A DNA stretch of 51,259 nucleotides from Minisyncoccia bacterium. Its GTDB lineage: Bacteria; Patescibacteriota; Minisyncoccia; Phycocordibacterales; UBA9973. The number at the start of each line of letters is the position of its first letter. Position 1 is the first letter of the stretch. Location of the stretch: positions 79,432 to 130,690 of the forward strand of contig CBFHKH010000001.1 in assembly GCA_965656375.1 (NCBI GenBank). Direction: 5' to 3'. Below are positions 47,159-51,259 of this stretch, piece by piece. Made by a program: the position numbers and the translations under genes. A model generated the notes under the pieces. That model searched no databases and had not been told where the DNA came from. It saw only the letters and a list, made by a program, of their open reading frames with translations.

Positions 47159-47892
47159 AGGTCTCTCAAAGAACCATTTCGACAAAGACACCCGCCAAAA
47201 CAAAAGAACAATTGCGATTACCTTTTTGAAGCCCTTTGATTGCATCGCAATACTTCTTTTGCCCTTCGGGTTGCTTCGCAATTTTGTCACATTCTTTGTA
47301 GCTCAATGTTCCTTTGTTCAGGAAACTCCTGTGTCTGAAAAGCAACTACACCCTCACTCTTTTACCCATACTTCGCTCTGGCTTGGTTTCGTGTAGCTAG
47401 GCTATTGTATTTCAGTACGGCAATAGCTACCCAAACCATAATACTATTCCTCAGCTATTTGCACGTATTTCATACAATGCTTTCCATACACTTCACCATG
47501 CCCCGCTTGTATGGAAGTTCCGGTATAGTCCCTTTTCATCCACCCGTTTCCAATAATTTGGCGAGCCGGCGGCCACTGTCTGCGTTTGGTGCTGCCGTCA
47601 CAAGGCTACCCCTATACCTTTGTATGCTCTATGGCAGCACCGCACTGTGTATTCAGATTCCTTACAGTCATACCCCTAAATACGCCATCCAGTGGCGCTC
47701 GCAGACCCATCCAATCGTACCTCATTCCTGTGTCTTTGCTGGCTCGCCCCGGAGCTACGGTGTTGAAAGCTTTCAACACGGCTCTGGCTTCTTTTGGCTG
47801 AGGGCTCCTTTACCGGAAAATATTAACAGAGAAAAAAATGACAGGAAGATTAACAAAAATATTTATATATTGTGTGTGTTAAAACCGAAATG

Positions 47893-48126
47893 CTATTTTG
47901 CCTTTTTAAATAGAGAGATTGCACTGATGATGCACCAAATAGAATTTATGGCGACAAACGGATAAGCCTTTAACAATACACCACTAATTACCAAAAAGAG
48001 AGCACCAAACAAATTTAATATTTTATAGATTTTTGAATTATTTGAAACATAATCTAGAGTCATGAGAAAATAAAGAGCTAATAAAATAAACGCTCCAACC
48101 CAACCTATAATATTTGCTAGTGACAT
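47893..48126 (-). CDS. Small membrane protein, CBU_0592-like
   Basis: IGWVGAFILLALYFL...YKILNLFGALFL...AYPFVAINSIW pattern, about three TM segments. Confidence 0.65.
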   Translation of the reverse strand: MSLANIIGWVGAFILLALYFLMTLDYVSNNSKIYKILNLFGALFLVISGVLLKAYPFVAINSIWCIISAISLFKKAK

Positions 48127-48140
48127 AAATTAATTCTAGT

Positions 48141-50084
48141 ATGAATTGCCCAAAACTGCAAGAAAATATCAGGTTAAATATAGACAACCTAATTGTAAGT
48201 TTAAAGAACCATCAATTGGATGATGGTGGTTTTAGGGGGTATCACCTGTTTGATAAAAAAAGCGGTATCTGGTCAACCTGCGAAATAGTTCATGTTCTTT
48301 CAAAAGTACAACCAAGCTTGGTAGAAAAAGAATGGCTACAAAATGCAGCTAAATATGTCGCCTTAAATCAAAATAAAGATGGCGGTTGGGGTTTTAGAGT
48401 AAAGGGTAAATCAATTATTGATGTTACGGCTTGGGCATGCCTTGCATTGAGCCATTTCAATTACCATGAAGAACTATTGAAAGGGGTGTCTTTTTTGCTA
48501 AATACCAAGGTTAATTTAACCGAAGAAGATAAAGGTGGCTGGGGTCTAACTAATTATGAACCAGACAGAATATACTCTACATGGATTGCTGCAAACTGCT
48601 TAACAAAATTGTCAAGTCAATTAAAAAATTTATTCGATAGCAAGCAGCTTGATGATATTTATACTGTTATCCGAGAATCACAAAAATGGTTAGTCAGTTC
48701 AAAGAATGCAGATGGCGGCTGGGGTTCTTTGGGAGATGAAACTTCAACATTAACAAGTACAGCAATAACCCTCATAAGTATTTTCAGCAATGGCGAGGAT
48801 CCGGCAAATTATCGTGAATCTTTTTCTTTTATTAAAGAACGGGCTTTAGACAATCTGTGGGAATTAGAGCGTGAAATTGTTATCACACAAGAAGGGTATG
48901 AATTAACACAGGAATGGTTTACCTCTGTTTACTGTTTTAGGGCTTATATATTTTTTGCAGAGTTAGGGATTTGTTCACTTCAGGAACTGCACTCCACATA
49001 TCTTTCATTGGTAAAGTTAATTCAAAATGGAAAAGTGAAGCCGACAAATGAAGGTTCTTTAGATTTAATCTGGACAATTCCATTTATGATTGAGGCATTA
49101 GATAAATTCCATCACTTTACGATTATAAAAAGAAAAGAGTATGACGATTTTCTATATCAGAAAGATATAGAGGAAAAAAAGCAAAAGAAAAATGAAATGG
49201 AAGGGTATTTAAAAAATCTTTTTCCATTCCCTATCAGCCAGGTTTATTTTTCATTTAGCCATGAGCTTGATCACCACAGGAGGTTTCAATATTTAGTACA
49301 ACTCTATGAAGTGATAATTAAATTTACTGCTATAGTATCATTATCATCAATAATTGCAGCCAATGAGAAAATACCTCAACTGGAAGCACTTGTTAAGAAC
49401 CGCCTTAAAAAACCATCTTTGGGTGACTGGGTAACCATTATTGATATGCTTTTCAATTTTTCCACTAAAGTCTTCAATATTACTTATCCTTGGGAGAAAG
49501 AAGAACTATTAAAACGGCAGGCAGGCTTTATAGATAATGAAAGCCCAAGACTTAATTTAAACCAGGTGTTGTCAGAAATTGTATCACTAAGAAATAACTG
49601 GACAGGGCATGGCGCAGTACGGTCAGTGTATGAATATAAAATGGAAATTGATAAACAGGTTCCTATCCTTTTTTCGCTATTAAACCGATTGATGTTTTTG
49701 GCAAAGTGTAATTCATTCTTGATACTTGCCTCTGAGTATAATGAGTTTGGTGACGGAGATTTGTACAAAATTAGGGTATTCAATGGCCTTGATATACTTG
49801 ATAATGATCTTGAAGTTCAAAAAAGACTATCTGAGGGGCATAAAGACCAATTGATAAGGTACGTTTACTTTCACAATATGGAGAGCAATACAATCATCAA
49901 TTTATACCCATTTCTTTCCTATATGGTATGCCCTAATTGCAAAAAAGAAAGATTTTTCTTTTTCAATGGAATAAAAACAAGCGATAAGTCAACCTATTTA
50001 TCATTTGAATGCGGTCATACAATTGAATATGACAATATGAATCATTTTGAAAAAAGGTTTTCGGCGATTGGTATTCAATTTTAA
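48141..50084 (+). CDS. Prenyltransferase/squalene-cyclase-like (QW-repeat) domain fused to a C-terminal HEPN-like domain
   Basis: QLDDGGF, QNKDGGWG, KGGWG and NADGGWG repeats; C-terminal FPFPI...KPSLGDW...LRNNWTGHG. Confidence 0.65.
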   Translation: MNCPKLQENIRLNIDNLIVSLKNHQLDDGGFRGYHLFDKKSGIWSTCEIVHVLSKVQPSLVEKEWLQNAAKYVALNQNKDGGWGFRVKGKSIIDVTAWACLALSHFNYHEELLKGVSFLLNTKVNLTEEDKGGWGLTNYEPDRIYSTWIAANCLTKLSSQLKNLFDSKQLDDIYTVIRESQKWLVSSKNADGGWGSLGDETSTLTSTAITLISIFSNGEDPANYRESFSFIKERALDNLWELEREIVITQEGYELTQEWFTSVYCFRAYIFFAELGICSLQELHSTYLSLVKLIQNGKVKPTNEGSLDLIWTIPFMIEALDKFHHFTIIKRKEYDDFLYQKDIEEKKQKKNEMEGYLKNLFPFPISQVYFSFSHELDHHRRFQYLVQLYEVIIKFTAIVSLSSIIAANEKIPQLEALVKNRLKKPSLGDWVTIIDMLFNFSTKVFNITYPWEKEELLKRQAGFIDNESPRLNLNQVLSEIVSLRNNWTGHGAVRSVYEYKMEIDKQVPILFSLLNRLMFLAKCNSFLILASEYNEFGDGDLYKIRVFNGLDILDNDLEVQKRLSEGHKDQLIRYVYFHNMESNTIINLYPFLSYMVCPNCKKERFFFFNGIKTSDKSTYLSFECGHTIEYDNMNHFEKRFSAIGIQF

Positions 50085-50103
50085 AAACTAGAGTGTTTTT
50101 TAC

Positions 50104-50640
50104 TTATTTATTTCTATTTTGCTTAAGTTGCCAAACAACAAAAGCAACTAGTATTGCAACAATAAGAACTATTAAAAATAAACCACCAGATTTTTTTAGG
50201 CTTTTTCTATCGAATGCTTCTCCTAATAGATATAGTAAAACCCCACTGATAGCAATGCCTCTACCAATCGCAACAACTTGTTTACTTTTATCCTCACCAT
50301 TTAATACCCAATTTTTGAAATGTTCACAGTTATTAAAAACGATATTGTAAGCCTTTTCTCCAATTCTGTTCACCCCTCGTCTGGTGGCAAATAACCTTTG
50401 CTGATAATTGCCAGAAAATCTTTCAATATTAGTTACCTGATACTTTTTTACAAACTCGGTAAGTCTTTCATTGCTCAATATCTGTACTCCATCCATAATG
50501 TTTGCAATAAATTTGGGCATTCCATTTTCGTATCCAAGATAAACTGCATAATGTTTCGGAAATCCTGCTTGCGGACAAACAAGTTCTACAGCATCTGCAG
50601 GTTTCAAATTATTTGATGAAATAAATTGTGTTAATGTCAT
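50104..50640 (-). CDS. LRAT-like (permuted NlpC/P60) acyltransferase/peptidase with a C-terminal membrane anchor
   Basis: KHYAVYLG and YNIVFNNCEHF motifs; start moved to the MTLTQF ATG. Confidence 0.8.
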   Translation of the reverse strand: MTLTQFISSNNLKPADAVELVCPQAGFPKHYAVYLGYENGMPKFIANIMDGVQILSNERLTEFVKKYQVTNIERFSGNYQQRLFATRRGVNRIGEKAYNIVFNNCEHFKNWVLNGEDKSKQVVAIGRGIAISGVLLYLLGEAFDRKSLKKSGGLFLIVLIVAILVAFVVWQLKQNRNK

Positions 50641-50647
50641 AATCGTC

Positions 50648-50935
50648 TTATTTTCCAGCTTGATAAAATACAAACAAAGCCAGTGACAACAATACGCCAC
50701 TTGAATTGTCTGTTTCTTTTTTTGAGTTTAATAATTTAGTTGCAGTAACCATACCGCTATGTACAATAAATTCTGCAGTATCATCATCCATGCTTTTGGC
50801 ATTGAAGAAATTTTTGAAGCCATGTGCCGTTCTAAGACTAACAGTCCGGCCAGACGTATCACCAAAGAATTTATTTAGCCCTTTTGACACGTCTGTAAAA
50901 ACACCATAGTTTGTTTTTGTTCCTATTTTTTTCAT
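50648..50935 (-). CDS. Small hypothetical protein upstream of the LRAT-like gene
   Basis: 95 aa, 7 nt from the next gene, hydrophobic C-terminus, preceded by TAnnTTTG. Confidence 0.65.
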   Translation of the reverse strand: MKKIGTKTNYGVFTDVSKGLNKFFGDTSGRTVSLRTAHGFKNFFNAKSMDDDTAEFIVHSGMVTATKLLNSKKETDNSSGVLLSLALFVFYQAGK

Positions 50936-50939
50936 ACTT

Positions 50940-50947
50940 CAAAGGTA
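50940..50947 (-). promoter_or_regulatory. Bacteroidota-type -7 promoter element TAnnTTTG
   Basis: TACCTTTG on the minus strand, 4 nt upstream of ATG 50935. Confidence 0.55.
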
Positions 50948-50990
50948 AATCGAGGTATAAAGAAAAGTATGCGACTTTTGTTGCAAAATT

Positions 50991-51257
50991 TCACTTCTTG
51001 CTTTTTCTCGCTAATCTCGACAATGTATTTCTGTTAACTCCAATATATGAGCATAAATGCCGGACTTGTATTTTATTAGCAATCTCGGGATGATCTCTAT
51101 AGAACTGAGTAAAACGCTCCTCAGCATTCATTGCTTGCAATTGATGAATTCTTTGCAATGCCAAAATATAACTTTGCTCGGCTAATTGCCTTCCTATCTT
51201 ATTCATTTCAGGCACTACGTTGTAAAGATGGTTAAGGGCTGCTTTGGTGATAACGAC
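50991..51257 (-). CDS. Crp/Fnr-family regulator, C-terminal part (runs off the window end)
   Basis: Frame open to the window edge; AEERF...HPEI...LCSYIGVNRNTLSR HTH typical of Bacteroidota Crp/Fnr proteins. Confidence 0.8.
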   Translation of the reverse strand, partial: VVITKAALNHLYNVVPEMNKIGRQLAEQSYILALQRIHQLQAMNAEERFTQFYRDHPEIANKIQVRHLCSYIGVNRNTLSRLARKSKK

Positions 51258-51259
51258 AA

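Noticed and set aside
47405-47965. 186-aa ORF and the overlapping 71-aa ORF
   Set aside because: No recognisable motif, atypical composition, non-ATG start, and it overlaps the convergent membrane-protein gene; treated as non-coding.
48141-49100. Functional squalene-hopene cyclase
   Set aside because: Only one barrel-sized region with QW-like repeats, no DxDD motif, and no isoprenoid genes nearby.
550-51093. The many short ORFs nested in or antisense to the long genes
   Set aside because: They are shadows of well-supported genes in other frames and show no independent motifs.

Overview
The window appears to be two genomes joined near 28.65-28.73 kb. The left part (1 to about 28,650) looks like a Patescibacteria/CPR chromosome (Parcubacteria-like, by inference), translated with the standard code. 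It carries housekeeping genes: an XRE-fused murA, murB, alr, rpmG, miaA, zwf-gnd-pgl, a UDG, tRNA-Leu(CAA) and tRNA-Trp(CCA). It also has two VirD4/TraG-like P-loop ATPases bracketing five paralogous ~550-580 aa Cys-rich proteins, a LAGLIDADG gene directly behind tRNA-Leu, a JAB-like protein, several structured non-coding elements, and a NYN nuclease faced by a predicted ~50-nt RNA with its own promoter. The right part (about 28,735 to the end) looks like accessory DNA from Bacteroidota (Chitinophagaceae-like, by inference). It carries two more ATPases of the same family (one fused to a PD-(D/E)xK-like domain) and an XRE regulator with a 36-bp palindrome. Next is a Sec-exported polymorphic toxin locus: a coiled-coil/beta-barrel-like protein, an SpvB/TcB-like YD protein, a glutathione-peroxidase-like protein lacking the catalytic Cys, an RHS-core toxin, and an immunity candidate. 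An RHS remnant, a QW-repeat/HEPN-like fusion, an LRAT-family protein and a partial Crp/Fnr gene follow. I saw no rRNA, CRISPR array, integrase, transposase or reverse transcriptase. All family assignments come from motifs recognised by eye; no database search was run.
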